This document shows positions 10,299 to 23,116 of a stretch of DNA of 64,000 nt, one piece after another. The notes under the pieces are model-generated. The model did not search any database, was not told the DNA's origin, and worked only from the letters and a program-made list of their open reading frames with translations. How positions within the stretch are numbered: the stretch's first letter is position 1; every line of letters starts with the position of its first letter. Made by a program: the position numbers and the translations under genes. The DNA is from Macrostomum lignano (taxonomy: Eukaryota), in the NCBI GenBank assembly GCA_002269645.1, contig NIVC01000608.1, positions 363,709 through 427,708 of the forward strand, written 5' to 3'.

Positions 10299-12436
10299 AT
10301 GCCTACATTTGGTGGCTCACCTACATGCCCAGCCTGCAAGAAGAAAGTGTACTTTGCGGAGGAAGTGAAATGTCTTAGGAATTCGTACCACAAATTTTGT
10401 CTGAAATGCTGTAAGTAAATTTCTATAGCATTTCCCTTTTTGGATTAAAAAACAAGTTTATGCTCACGATTTAATTGTAGCAGAGATTGCATATTTACTA
10501 CTTAAAAGTCGCGAGATCAGGAAATATCAAATGAAGCGATTCTTAATTTTATATCTCTGAAAGACTGTGAGGATTAAATCTTATACTTTATTAGGCCTGT
10601 GCAATAAGCTGCTTGACTCATCGACGGTGAACGACCACGAGGACAGGATTTACTGCCGGGCCTGCTACGCTAAGAACTTCGGTCCTAAAGGATACGGCTT
10701 TGCTGGCGGAGCCGCCGGACTGCAATCAGAGGGGCAGCCGTGAGTGCATAGTTCTCTTTAAATCACGGCCTTAGAAACCAACTATAATCGTTTAATCATT
10801 TTTATTAACTTCGTGCATTTCGTTTTTACATGTATTCGGAACTGATCAAATATTATTTCAGCTTTTCGGTTCAAAAGTAAGTGATTAAAGCTTGAGACTT
10901 AAAAGTGACAGGAAAGGTTCAGCAGTCAAACTAAAACAACACACGCCCATAAAATAATTTGCACTTTCTAGTTCTACAATTCGATTTCATCAAACCGAAT
11001 GTTTCGTTTTTCAATTTGCGTACCTGATTCAATTCGACCTCTTAAATTTTCTATAAAATATTTTTTGCATCGAAAATAAATGACTTAGAAAAGTGAGCAG
11101 TTGCGGAGATAAATGAATTTGGTTGAATTATTCACTAAGCATGTATAATGGAATTTGAGGCATTTGATTTCCTGTGCTAATATATTGCAATATAGCTTGG
11201 CATACATGTAAAGGCTCCAATTCGTCATATAGCAAGTGAAACACGAACTTCCTGCCTTCTCCTTGCATTCAGCTGCTAAAATTGCACAACAGGTCGAGTT
11301 CCTCAGACACTGGCAATGCCAATATGCAGAGCCTTGCTTCTTGTTTACTTAAATACTACTTTGCTAAAGACAAACTGGCAGCAAGTCTTTCTCCGTCTAT
11401 CTTTTTGATTCTCTCTCCAAATGTGTACCTCATGACTCAATGCGGTCACATTGTTAATTTTATTCGCGTTGGGCAAAGAGAACAAGCCTCGCGGGACAAA
11501 CGCCATGAGTGTTAATTGTGACACACAAGCAACACTTGCTTGCTTTGGCGGAAACCTGAGAGATTTCTCATTCCATTGGCTTTCTCTGAGAAGCCACCCT
11601 GCCGACCCAAGGACTTCTAGAAGTCTAGAAGTCCTTGTGCCGACCACGGCACGTGACAAATTTCTCTCAAATAACACATTTTCTTTGAACAAATATTTCC
11701 TGTGCTGAGCTGAACAAATACTGACTGACTGACTGACTGACTGACTGACTGACTGACTGACTGACTGACTGACTGACTGACTGACTGACTGACTGACTGA
11801 CTGACTGACTGACTGACTGACTGACTGACTGACTGACTGACTGACTGACTGACTGACTGACTGACTGACTGACTGACTGACTGACTGACTGACTGACTGA
11901 CTGACTGACTGACTGACTGACTGACTGACTGACTGACTGACTGACTGACTGACTGACTGACTGACTGACTGACTGACTGACTGACTGACTGACTGACTGA
12001 CTGACTGACTGACTGACTGACTGACTGACTGACTGACTGACTGACTGACTGACTGACTGACTGACTGACTGACTGACTGACTGACTGACTGACTGACTGA
12101 CTGACTGACTGATCCAACTTATTTATTTTCAATCTCGCACTGGTCAGGAACCACGTTGAAAATGTCGCCACGGCCAGACCTTCGCCAAGCGCCGTCAAGT
12201 ACGGCGGCGGCGGAGAGAAGTGCTCCCGCTGCTCCGGCTCGGTGTATTTCAACGAGCGCCTCCAGGCCACTGGACGGGTGTTTCACCGGGCCTGCTTCAA
12301 GTGCGAGGACTGCTCCAAGCCGCTGGAACCGGGCGGCGAGTCCGAGCACAAGGGCCAAGTGTTTTGCCGCGGCTGCTACACGCGGAACCACGGACCGAAA
12401 GGTTTCGTGACCGGAAGTTCGATGCACGTTTCTTAA
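10299..12436 (+). CDS. CSRP: Cysteine-rich LIM protein (CSRP/muscle LIM protein), 3 exons, 181 aa
   Basis: Exons 10299..10410, 10595..10739 and 12148..12436 have GT-AG sites and consistent phases. Two LIM domains are each followed by a Gly-rich repeat (CPACKKKVYFAEE...CYAKNFGPKGYGFAGG; CSRCSGSVYFNER...CYTRNHGPKGF). Confidence 0.93.
11608..11637. mobile_element. 30-bp ends-only remnant of the 7750..8800 transposon family with perfect 8-bp TSD
   Basis: CAAGGACTTCTAGA-AG-TCTAGAAGTCCTTG is identical to the terminal 14 bp of both ends of 7750..8800. It is flanked by TGCCGACC at 11600..11607 and 11638..11645. Confidence 0.85.
11721..12112. repeat. (CTGA)n microsatellite, 98 perfect units
   Basis: Directly visible. 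It ends 35 nt before the CSRP exon 3 acceptor (AG 12146-12147). Confidence 0.98.
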
Positions 12437-12633
12437 GATTATCCGACGCATCAACGAAAATTTTGAATTGATGTCTATTCTAGATCACAGATAATGAAGT
12501 TGCTAAAATAAACACTAAAAGTTATCAATCGACAATCGCACACGCTACGTTTTCTTTTCAAACACCTACCTTACTCTGTTTGAAATCCCAGCCACCAATT
12601 TTAATGGCACCACTTCATGCAATATCTTCCCTT

Positions 12634-13290
12634 CAGCTTCCAAGCCACCTCACTCCCCCAACCCCTAAACAACCCTCAGCTTCACAGCCACCTCACTCCC
12701 CCAACCTCTAAACAACCCTCAGCTTCACAGCCACCTCACTCCCCCAACCTCTAAACAACCCTCAGCTTCCCAGCCACCTCACTCCCCAACCCCTAAACAA
12801 CCCTCAGCTTCCCAGCCACCTCACTCCCCAACCCCTAAACAACCCTCAGCTTCCCAGCCACCTCACTCCCCAACCCCTAAACAACCCTTCAGCTTCCCAG
12901 CCACCTCACTCCCCCAACCCCTAAACAACCCTCAGCTTCCCAGCCACCTCACTCCCCCAACCCCTAAACAACCCTCAGCTTCCCAGCCACCTCACTCCCC
13001 AACCCCTAAACAACCCTCAGCTTCCCAGCCAACTCACTCCCCCAACCCCTAAACAACCCTCAGCTTCCCAGCCACCTCATTCCCCCAACCCCTAAACAAC
13101 CCTCATCAGTTTCACAGCCACCTCACTCTCCCAACCCCTAAACAACCCTTCAGCTTCCCAGCCACCTCATTCCCCCAACCCCTAAACAACCCTCATCAGT
13201 TTCACAGCCACCTCACTCTCCCCACCCTACCCTTACCTCAGTTTCCCAGCCGCCCCACTTCCCAACCCCTACCCTCCCCTCAGTGTTACA
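12634..13290. repeat. C-rich minisatellite, ~43-bp unit CAGCTTCCCAGCCACCTCACTCCCCCAACCCCTAAACAACCCT
   Basis: About 14 copies visible, 200 bp downstream of the CSRP stop. Confidence 0.95.
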
Positions 13291-13979
13291 CAGCCAGATT
13301 GAACACGATTGCAGGCATCTGAGAATCTCCTTAACCGTGAATCAGCTTGGCAGCAGAAGTCTACAGTGTATAAACTCGTACTTTGCTTCGAATCTTGTAT
13401 AAACATTTATTTAGCAACACAAGACATTAAATGTTACACACGCAAAAGTTTTGATACTACTATAATATGCACATAAAAATACATTGCTAATTAGCACGGT
13501 TATAGCTCTCATAACATTCCCTTCTGCAAATATCGAAATATAATAGATATTTATGACAACTGATTTCTGTTGAAAGCACTTCTCGTACTCAACAATTCTA
13601 CTCAATGAAAATACTTTTTTTAACAATCTTTGTTCATTTCTTACCTGATTTTTTACTATATAGCTAATTCAAATTTTATACAATTAAATAAACAGTTCCG
13701 CAGAAACCTATGAAATAAAATAGCAATAAATGCAGGCAATATTTACATGCGATTTCGCTGCCTTTTTGCTTACATATAAAAAATTCGCAGACGGTACTAC
13801 TTACAATACAAGTAGTCTAGTATCTGATATAGTAGATTTATTCTACTTTAAATTAGAAATACGGATTTTTTTTAGAAAGCTAACTAACAATCAGCCCCCG
13901 TTGGGGAGACAACAAAGAAAGGAATTAAACAGGGGTATTATTTACGTTCTCCGGGATTTTATTTTGTTAATATCCAATA

Positions 13980-14480
13980 TACGAGGGGTGTCCCAAAAGT
14001 TCCCGGAATGTCTAACGTAGCTCTTCAACGGAGCCATGATGTTTCACGCCCTTGGTGTCAAATGAAAGGAAGTTTTGTCACGAAGAAAATGAAGTTAAAA
14101 GCATGTTGATATCTGTTTTTATTCAGGAGCTGCAGCAAGAAACGTGCGCAAAGGTCAGGGGTACTGTTACACAACCTCACATATCACTGAAAATAATTTT
14201 TCATCTTCGTTTTTGGATATTTTCATTTTGAATTCGTGCTACTAACGTCTCAGAAAGACGTGGTAGTGTCTATGGAAAAAAGCAGAAATGCTCATTAAGC
14301 TAATCTGAGCTTTTGCGCGAGTGCAGATAATTCTTACCAAGCGCTTGCTTTCAACTTGAAATCTCTTTGCCAAATTGGGTTCTCTTCAGAGCCTCGAAAG
14401 TCAGCGAAGTCAAGTTTTTGTCCTTTGGTCAGTAGGATGGAGTGGAGCCAAGATTTCTGACCACTTATTCTCCATCCACG
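13980..14480 (-). mobile_element. Degenerate Tc1/mariner relic
   Basis: TACGAGGGGTGTCCCAAAAGTTCCCGGAA resembles mariner TIRs with a TA target. The minus strand of 14330..14470 gives frameshifted fragments (SEILAPLHP; FEALKRTQFGK) resembling the mariner C-terminal WEVLPHPPYSPDL...LKR..GK region. Heavily decayed. Confidence 0.4.
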
Positions 14481-15528
14481 GTGAGAACAGCCTGAAAAAA
14501 ACTGCCATTTACGAATTTACGAGTTATGATAATTCAAGTTATAAGATTTAAGTTTCACAATTCAGTAAAAACTACAAAAAAAATCTTACTACTTATTACT
14601 AGTATAGGCAAACACCAGACTTTATACAGAAACTATAATAAAGAAGTAAAACTATCATGGTACTAAAAATTTTAAGCTAAAACTGCATTGTTACTACCTG
14701 AGAGACACAGCGAGAGGCGAGAGCTAATGTGCTTCTAAAGAAGGCCTATAGCTCTGTTATAAAATATTTGTCTCTGTTGTCTAGGAAACTAAGAGTAAAG
14801 AGTAGGGGGAGAAGGCTGTACGTTGACTAGTAAGTTCCTCTACTCACCCCTCTTTTCCAATACTTGCTTCCCTATCCCTACTAGAATTCACCTACATAAG
14901 CTGCCTGTGAAACACTGGACTCCCAGCTCCCGTGCTTGCATAAAATAGAGAATGAATTGCACTGTTTTTCCCACTGTCATTACATGAGCCAATGAGATGG
15001 GGGATCTCAGAAAGACCAGAGAGAGAGGGAGAGGGCTGAGAAGTACAAAAGGACGCAAGTGTGATGGTTAAGAATAGGCTTGCATGGGCTTTATACCGCC
15101 ATTTCGCCATCTCTCATGAGTTTGATTCTCCCCTGAATAGCAGGTGGCTGTACAATCAGTTGGTGGTACAGCTGGGCGGGAAGGCATACAGTGCGAGGGG
15201 AGCGAAGTGGGCGAGGGAGAAATGGAGAGGAGAGGAAGCGGGGGGGGAAGGGAATTTCTAGAGCGTGTTTGGCCGGGCCCAGCTGGTGTGACAGGGGGAG
15301 CCTGAGTTTGATGCGGACTCGCTGGGCAGCCAGCAAGCAGCAAAAGCAGCTTCGGCATTGGCTTGCAAGAACAATAAAATTTGGAGCAAACCATTTTCTG
15401 GTCAAGCGGCCTCTTCAGCGAAGCCAATGTTTTCAGATTCAACGACGTCAATTTGTAGTCACTTTTAAGCACAGTGAGTTCAGTCAGTATACAGTGGATT
15501 CCCAAAGCTGACCAGAGAACGCTTAAAA

Positions 15529-16578
15529 ATGGATCGGCATTTTGATAAGCTGTCAATCTCCGCTAGCGGCCTTCTTGGCGACAGACGCGGCCAGCCACAT
15601 CACTATCAGACTCAGCAGCCGCAGCCGCAGCTCCAGCAGCAGCAGCAGCTGCCGCACCATCCAGTCAGGCGTTCGCAGCAGCCAACCAGCGTCTACGACG
15701 GCTTCCGCGAGCAGTCCGAGGAGTCGCCGCGCGAGCCCGCGCGCCAGCGCACTGGCCGGGTTCGACAGTCGCGGAGCAGCACCTGGGGCGGCGGCGACGC
15801 TGCCAACGGTCAGCAGCTGCCGTCGGCGATGCCAGCCGAGCTGGACGAAACTGTCGATCTCCGGCGCCGGGCCCCGTCGCAGGCGGAGAGTCCGAGGACG
15901 CCGAGGACGCCGAGGACGCCAGCAGGTGGCGGCAGTCCGCGCTACGCCGCCTCAGGCGGACACGACGATCAGCACCATCTGGCAGCCATCTCGCCGAGGG
16001 GCGCGGCCGGTGCCAGTGCCGTGCCGCATTCGTATCAACGGCGAGACCGGCATCCCAGCAGTAGCAGCGGCGGCGGCGGCGGCGGCCTGATGTTCACGGA
16101 GGACGACTTCCAGCACGCCAGAGAGGGCGGCAGCAATCACTCGTCGTCGGTTCAAAGCGACGCCGTTTCAGGCTGGCAGCCGCACTCTCGCGGTCCGGAG
16201 GACGTCTCAACGCGGCTGTTGCAAAAGTACAAAACGGACTCAGTTCGGGTGGAAGTTACGGACACAGACAGGCAAAGGCAGCAGCAGCAGCAGCAGCCGC
16301 ATCATCCAACCACGGGACTGTCGAAGTCGCACGAAGGTTTCATCGTGCCGCGTCGGCTGCCACCGCTAGGCCGGGCGAAGCCGGCGGCTGCTCATCAACC
16401 TGGCGAAGAGGACAGCGACGAGGATGGCATCGAATGCGACGGCGGCAGCGATGTTGACGAAGATTCCGTCGAGGAGCATCGGCAGCGGAAGCAGCAGCAA
16501 CAGCGAAGGCAACATCACCAACGACGGCATCAGGAGGAAGATCAGGTGCCTCACAAGGGCCGGACGAGAACCAACTAA
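15529..16578 (+). CDS. Orphan low-complexity protein, 349 aa (Gln/Ser/Gly/Asp-rich), no domain recognised
   Basis: A 1050-nt GC-rich open frame with the same codon style and poly-Q/G runs as the neighbouring real genes, embedded in AT-rich DNA. It may be one exon of a larger gene (possible donor CAG|GTGCCT near 16546). Confidence 0.55.
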   Translation: MDRHFDKLSISASGLLGDRRGQPHHYQTQQPQPQLQQQQQLPHHPVRRSQQPTSVYDGFREQSEESPREPARQRTGRVRQSRSSTWGGGDAANGQQLPSAMPAELDETVDLRRRAPSQAESPRTPRTPRTPAGGGSPRYAASGGHDDQHHLAAISPRGAAGASAVPHSYQRRDRHPSSSSGGGGGGLMFTEDDFQHAREGGSNHSSSVQSDAVSGWQPHSRGPEDVSTRLLQKYKTDSVRVEVTDTDRQRQQQQQQPHHPTTGLSKSHEGFIVPRRLPPLGRAKPAAAHQPGEEDSDEDGIECDGGSDVDEDSVEEHRQRKQQQQRRQHHQRRHQEEDQVPHKGRTRTN

Positions 16579-19500
16579 AGGTTTCGATTGAGTTTCAAGC
16601 TCCAGGTGGTGCCCCTGGGAACTCCTATTGTGCGAAATCTTCATTTATGGATAACTACGAGCTATCAAAGTAGGACGATACAATTGCAAATCATGAAAAC
16701 AAGTTCCCTGTATATATTGACCGGTTTTTGCTTCAAAATGCATTAGCGAGAAAGAAACAGTATCTCGCTTTCATAAATTTCGAATTTTAAATGAAGCAAA
16801 TAGAAGCCGTGGGTTTTGTCCAAGGTTTGGTTCACGTATTTTTCAAGCTAATATTTGTCTATTGTCTATTGGTAAAATTATAGTTAAAGTTATATAAACG
16901 TTTACATTTTTGTTAAATTACTCTAAGGTTAAATAGTCTATGGTCATAGTCTATGGTCATATACTCGTATTGTTAAAAAGTTTATGGTCATACTCTATGG
17001 TCATAATCTATAAGTCCTTGCTTCGCTTGCCTCTAGACTATTAAGTACAGCCTCGGACCTTCTAACCATAGAATGTGAATTATTTTATACTTATTGTATA
17101 CTCGAACAGCGGGACATTCTATTTAGAAACAATTAGAAGCAACGATTTGCAAGTGTTAGTGCCCTTCTACTTTATGCTGTGCAGGTGAATTGCCCCTTCT
17201 AGAGGCAACAGAAAATCCTTAACATATGATGCCACTCTGTACAGGTGCCACTAAATCTGCTTATAATATTAGAAATAAAAAATGAGCCAAAAGCATCGGC
17301 AAACAACAATATGCTGTTTTATCGATCTGTTCCCTTTTCTAAATTCACCTTTAGTAGTTTATAATTTAAACTTTAGTATCGCTCTGTTTGGCCAATCAGC
17401 CAAAGAATGGGTTGTGTCTGTTTCACCCTATTGTTGGACGTATAAAGCTTTTTGTTTTAGGACTTTTAGAAGATTGATATTATATATATATTCGACAATA
17501 AATTTCACTCTATCTCATAGCAATCAGTTGTTGTCGAAAATTGAGTCATCGATGAGAATTTTATTTTTGCACTAAATTTTGCATGTTGCCAAGGTTTCAA
17601 ATACACATTATAGCCATGGTGAATAATGTCAGTTCCTAAACTTATACATGTAGATTAACTTCGTACTTCCAAAACGGCACTGCTACAAGCTCTGCTATTT
17701 ACACTAGCTGGTTGAGAATTATCTAATGCAAACTTGACTTTGTTGACATAAATTGTGCGCGTACTGCCATAAGCATGTAAAGCTATAGGGCTAAAGTTGG
17801 GATTTGAATTTTTCCTGAGCTGGTTGCAGCGTATCGGAATATATGATGGGATCAGGCGTTGTTTTATATTTACTTAGCTACCGTCCATTCTGGAGAGTAG
17901 ACTGCAGCCCACAATTATAGTTATGTATACCGCGCGCGGCAACAAAGATGTATATTATAAAAGCGTTGAACCTCCAATTACAGTGTATTACCTGCAGTTC
18001 GTTTTCATCTTAATTTAAAGAACCATTAGTTAAAAGTACGGGTATAATTTTACCAGTGAAGGCTGGTCATATACATGTCATTTAGACACACTTTTGCATA
18101 GTTGCATTGCTAAAATCCGATGAAGCAACTTTTTCGAAGCTCTCCTCACTCCTCACTGTTGATCGAAGCAGTCGATCAACTTTTTGCATATGGTTCAAAA
18201 TCATGTAGGGCATGATATAATAACCCAGTAAAACTCTATCTACCATAAAAGAATCGCATACATGTAGAGAGAGGATCTTTTATCAAAAGGAAATGGGAAA
18301 TTTATTGCAGAAAATGATAGAGCTAGCTTAATTTGGTTCAGCTGCTATCATTGCATGATTTTTAAATTTACAGGCTCTAATAAAAAACTGTCTTTAATTG
18401 AATCTACCTCATCATCAGGTCAACCAAAAATGTGTTCTATAATAATCCTTAATTCCATAGCAATTTGAGGTAATTAATTGTCCGGCATATGTGCAATATG
18501 AATTTTGCAGCAAAATGCGACCAATAATCCCCTTTTCACGAGTTCCACCAGTGTATACACGATTTTATAATTGAAAAGCAATTGATAGAAACAATTATTA
18601 ATAAGGAAAGAGAAAATAAAGAGCACAGAAGGGTGATGAAATAAATTTGGATGCAACATGCACAAGAGAAACCTGCAAAAAACGAGATTTATCAGCCGAC
18701 TACACAGATTTCCATGCATACATGTACATGTATACTTGTATAACCAAGAAGACTACAACACACTTTACAACATACAGTATAGTACGTAGGACTATTATAT
18801 TAAGTGCGACTTTAGCTGGGGGTTGGGGGCAAAAATCAGAGCTGAATTATGGGCGTGAGAGAAAGGGGGGAAGACTTCTAACCGCGGCCTCCGCGCCGAG
18901 ACTTTGGGCTAGGCCAAACGAGAGAGATCTAGCTAGAGAGCTTGACGCCAAGACGCGAAAATGAAAACGAGAAAAATAAAATAAAGAATGGCAGCTTAAG
19001 ATGGAGGCCGACCAGAATGAACCAGCGGCAGGGAGAGGAGAGGCGGAGCAGGGTCAAGGGACATCGTGATCGGCGCAGCTCACAATACACGCGGAGATGA
19101 TTTACTAGTATCTACTAGTAAAATCAGTACACAAAGCTTTTACTCGGCTCATTATCGTATAAAAACTAGTAAAAAAATATATTTAAAAACGCTTTAACTG
19201 TCTCGCACATCTTTCTGTGCCCCCAGATGGATAACCCAAAGTATGCATCCGGTAGAGTTCAATCTTTAAGCGAAACTCTTAGAATTTTTTACCTCAAAAA
19301 GTAAATTTAAACAACTTCCTAAATTCTTTCTGTCTTTTTTTGGCCTTAGAGCATCTTTTTAAAAGCTCTCTGGTATTTGAATTGTTATACTCAGTGCACA
19401 TATAATGTTCAATTTTCTTTTGCGTTTAATTTAATTTTAAGTTATGCCTCACAATTTTAATTTTTTTCGTCGCTGAATGACAGCTGACGGAACGTATGCT

Positions 19501-21034
19501 AGGGCCTATGCCAAAGTTTAGAACGAAGGGTATGTGATAAGTAAATTGAGATTTGGTATAGGTTATAAAATTTTACATTAGGGCCTAAATGATTCCCCTT
19601 GTTCTTGCCTTTGGTCTCGACACTCCAGGTCTTTGCGAACTGTCACAGACTGCCCAAAGATGGCGTCCAAGTATTCTTTGTACTTGGACTTGCTACCTGC
19701 TTCTTTCTCTTGCTCATCAGTCATCACGTTGCTCAAGATTCATGGAACGAAAGAGCCAAGTTGTGGCCTCTGCACCCCTTATCATTCTCGTTTATGGCTT
19801 CTTGAACAAAGTGCAACTGTGCAAGATGCTTTAGAGAAAGAGCAGGGTAGCACTCCATTATGTTTCGCATTGGGTGGCTGCTGCTGCTTCTTTCAATGGG
19901 CCAGGTTTAGGTGTTGATAACAGAAACAGGTCCAAGACCAGGCATTGCAGGTTTGTATTTAGCATTTTAGAACTTTCAAATTCAACAGAAATACTAAGAT
20001 TTGGGGGTAAAAAATAATATGACTCTGAAAATAATTAAACAAACAAAACTGAAGGATAGCCTAAGATTTTTATTATGGCATATTTCAGGCTAGTTGAATT
20101 TAAAAAGTTTGTTGTTTGAAACTTGAAGGGGTGTAAGACCAAGATAGACACACACCAAGATGGCCAAAACATTGAATCTCTAGGCCCTATTATATTGATC
20201 TCTTTCAACCATTTAATTAGCAACTTAATAATACTAAAAGCCTAATAGGCCTAGCTATGGTTATTTTAATTATCATGTTTAATCAATCATAGGCCTATTC
20301 ATAAATAATGATGCAATAATAATGGATTTGAAACTAAATACCCATGTAGTAAAAAACTTTAATCTTTTTCTATAGTTGTGCCAATTTATTCTCTATCATT
20401 ATATCTATTGAATCTATCACTATCAGTTTAATCAAAAAACCATTGCTAGTAGGCCTAGTGCTTAATGATAATAATAGTTGTGCTTAATCCTAGGCCTACT
20501 ACTAATGGTCACCATGTACGCCTGCCTCTCTTTCCCAATCCCAATCTGGGCCTAGATGTGTAAAAGGGTTTCAAAATCGACTAACTTTTAGCTGCCATAA
20601 GTTTGCTCCACATTAAGTGATCAACTTTAAACTTGATACAATTCTTCATTGACTTATATTCTGTCAAAATGTAAAGGTTCAACTCTGTAACTCAACCGAA
20701 AAAGAAACTATATGCATGTGAAGTTTGTCTGCTTTTTATGTTTGTGCCACTCACTCACTCATTCCCCTAGAGCCAGACCAAGGGTCAGGCGATAGGACTG
20801 AATGTACATAGCAAATGTATAGTGTTTTGGAGTAACTTTATTTATAGCCTTCTCTGCACCCTGAGAATGGAGAGGCTATGTTTAGCCATAACAGTTTAGT
20901 GAGAAATTCCAACCACTGCCCTCTGTATTGGCAAACTCTGCAGCAGTTTAACAGTGGATAGCAATTGGCAAATCAAGGGAATCCAGCATGGTTTGTAAAA
21001 GCAAAAAGAGTCTTTCTTTGCTTTTAATTTTTTA

Positions 21035-21360
21035 ATTGTCTTTCTTTTGTAAAAAGAGAAAAAGAGAAGAGAAAGAAAAGAAGAGAGAAAAGAAGAGGAA
21101 AGAGATAAGATAAGAGATATGAAAGAGAAGAGAGATGAGGGAAGATACAAGAAAAGATGGGAGAGAGGAGAGAGAAAATGAAAGAGTAGAGAGGAGAGAG
21201 AAAACAAAAAAGTAGAGAGGAGAGAGAAGAAGAGAAAGAAAAAAAGAGACAAGGGATGAGATAAGAGAGATAAAAGAGAAGAGAGATGAGGGAAGATACG
21301 AGAGAAGAGAGGAGAGATAAGGGATGAGAGAGAAGAAAGGAAACAGAAAAGACAATAGAA
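21035..21360. repeat. Purine-rich (GA) low-complexity tract
   Basis: Directly visible. It is the source of the Leu/Ser/Phe-rich antisense ORFs. Confidence 0.85.
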
Positions 21361-21774
21361 ATTTTAAAGGATCCAAGGGATGTAGGGAGAGTCAAGGAGA
21401 GACCAGAGTTTGCCAATTAAGTTAGACAGACATTGCCTGACATTCTGCGCAGTACCCCAGCCAACAATATCAATGTTTGCCTCAGATCCTAACTTTACAC
21501 AAATGTGCTCCATTTTATGTCTACCTCTATCCTACTAACTATTAACAAGTTTTTGTTTGTATATGGCCTTAGATTTCAGAATATATGCTAAAGTAGTTCC
21601 GGGGATTAGAATTCCCTGGGTTCAAAATCTGTGGGTTTCAATAGCTTGTTTTATCTAAAGTAACTTTATTTAATCCCAACATATACATAGGTATACTATA
21701 GATGTAAGCTAAAAAAATTCTACTATCATATGCATTAGGATGTATGCTAATTATACACTAAAATGGTAGTACCC

Positions 21775-22125
21775 TTGTTGTATGCCAGAAAATCCTGGTA
21801 TACATGTTGCTTTCTAAACTATGGGTAGTAAAATATATGTCCAACACCTGTCCAACCTATCCTAACTAGACAGGTGAAATGGCCATGGGCCAAGGTAAGT
21901 TGCAAAATTGAAAACACAAAAAACAAAAATTGGGGGAAGAAAGAAAGGAGAAAAAGAGAAAAGGAAAAGAAAAGAGAAAGAAACAGAAACAGAAGAAAGG
22001 AGAAAAAGGCAAAAAAAGTCAAATACAAAGTGAAAATTAAGTCCTAATTGAGGCAACTAAGTTGCAAATCTGGACAAAACAAAGTTGCTTTGGATAGGTG
22101 AAACTTTGAGGTTGGGCATGTATGG
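21775..22125 (+). repeat. Dispersed repeat; diverged inverted copy at ~41210..41575 in HINT3 intron 1
   Basis: Shared blocks include GGTGAAATGGCC...AGGTAAGT(T/C)GCAAAAT and GGATAGGTGAAA(C/T)TTTGAGGTTGGGCATGTATGG, around an A/G-rich core, in opposite orientation at the two loci. Confidence 0.75.
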
Positions 22126-22435
22126 GTAGTATAAGCTTGGTAATTTTTTCTCAACTTTGCTTAGCATTATAAGTACTATTAGCATTTGCATTATGGCATC
22201 TATTCCCTTGTGATCTTTGTTTGCAACTTTTTCTTAGACCTCTTTGACCTTTTCTATGCTTTATCCTTTTCCATAGTCCTATGTATAATAGGAAAGCAAA
22301 AACTTACTAGAGTCATTGTCCTTTGGGGCCTTAGCTATAGTCATAGCATCTAGTATCTTTTGTAGAAAGCTATTGTAGGAGGCCATCTAGAAGATGATTG
22401 CAAATGTCACCCTTAACAAACACAAGCATGTAGAT

Positions 22436-23116
22436 CAGGGGTTGGCAACCTTTTTCCACCTGAGGGCTAGATAAGGTTTTCCGTTCAAGACCACAGGCCA
22501 CAGGTCACCCCCATTATTCTGCCCTCCCCCCCCCCTGGGTCTTTACTCTCCAGAATTTGCCCCCCCCCTTGAGTCTACCCTCCAGAATCTACCCCTTGGG
22601 TCTACCCTCCAAAATCTGCCCCCTCAACAAATTTCTAATTGTGCCACTGATAGGCTAAATATATGATACTGAAGAAACAGAATTAAAACACAAGTTTATC
22701 ATATTTTGATGCATTCTTAGAAAGTCTGATTCTGCTCAATCTGCTGCACAGTCAGCCCTATCAATGTACTACATTTGTACCCCCATGTTAGCACACCACT
22801 ACCTCACTTTCCTTTTCCACCAGTTCCCCTATTTCTATTTTATTTGTAAGTTTGAACTGATGTGCTGTCTGTCTAGACCTTGTAAACAGTCACTCACACT
22901 CAGTTTGTCTCATTACTAATTTGTCATTTATAAAATTGACAATTGAGGAAAGAAATTCCCCATTTTCAGTGCACAAAACTTTAATGGGCCAAACAATGAA
23001 GTTATTACAAAGGTGCGGGCCAGATTATAATAATGAAGATAAAGGAAGTTTGTGGGCCACATAGAAAGTCTTTGCAGGCCAGATGTGGCCTGCGGGCTTG
23101 AGGTTGCCAACCGTCC
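22436..23116. mobile_element. Degenerate hAT-Charlie-like non-autonomous element
   Basis: Left end CAGGGGTTGGCAACC; right end GGTTGCCAACCgtcc (11/15 complementary); subterminal GCGGGCCAGAT/GTGGCCTGCGGGC motifs typical of such elements. No matching TSD found. Confidence 0.45.

Noticed and set aside
11617-12270. 217-aa (SVSQ)n ORF and antisense ORFs over CSRP exon 3
   Set aside because: Microsatellite translation and shadow frames of a GC-rich exon.
14640-15330. Purine-rich stretch sharing a short GLSEI-coding block with 58300 (possible LINE relic)
   Set aside because: The similarity is too short and degenerate to support a family call by eye.
17007-17020. TCTATAAGTCCTTG, 13/14 identical to the right terminus of the CAAGGAC family
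   Set aside because: No matching left end and no 8-bp TSD nearby, so it cannot be called an element.
19098-19127. Short hairpin TGATTTACTAGTA-TC-TACTAGTAAAATCA
   Set aside because: No flanking duplication and no relation to other termini. Such palindromes are expected in AT-rich DNA.
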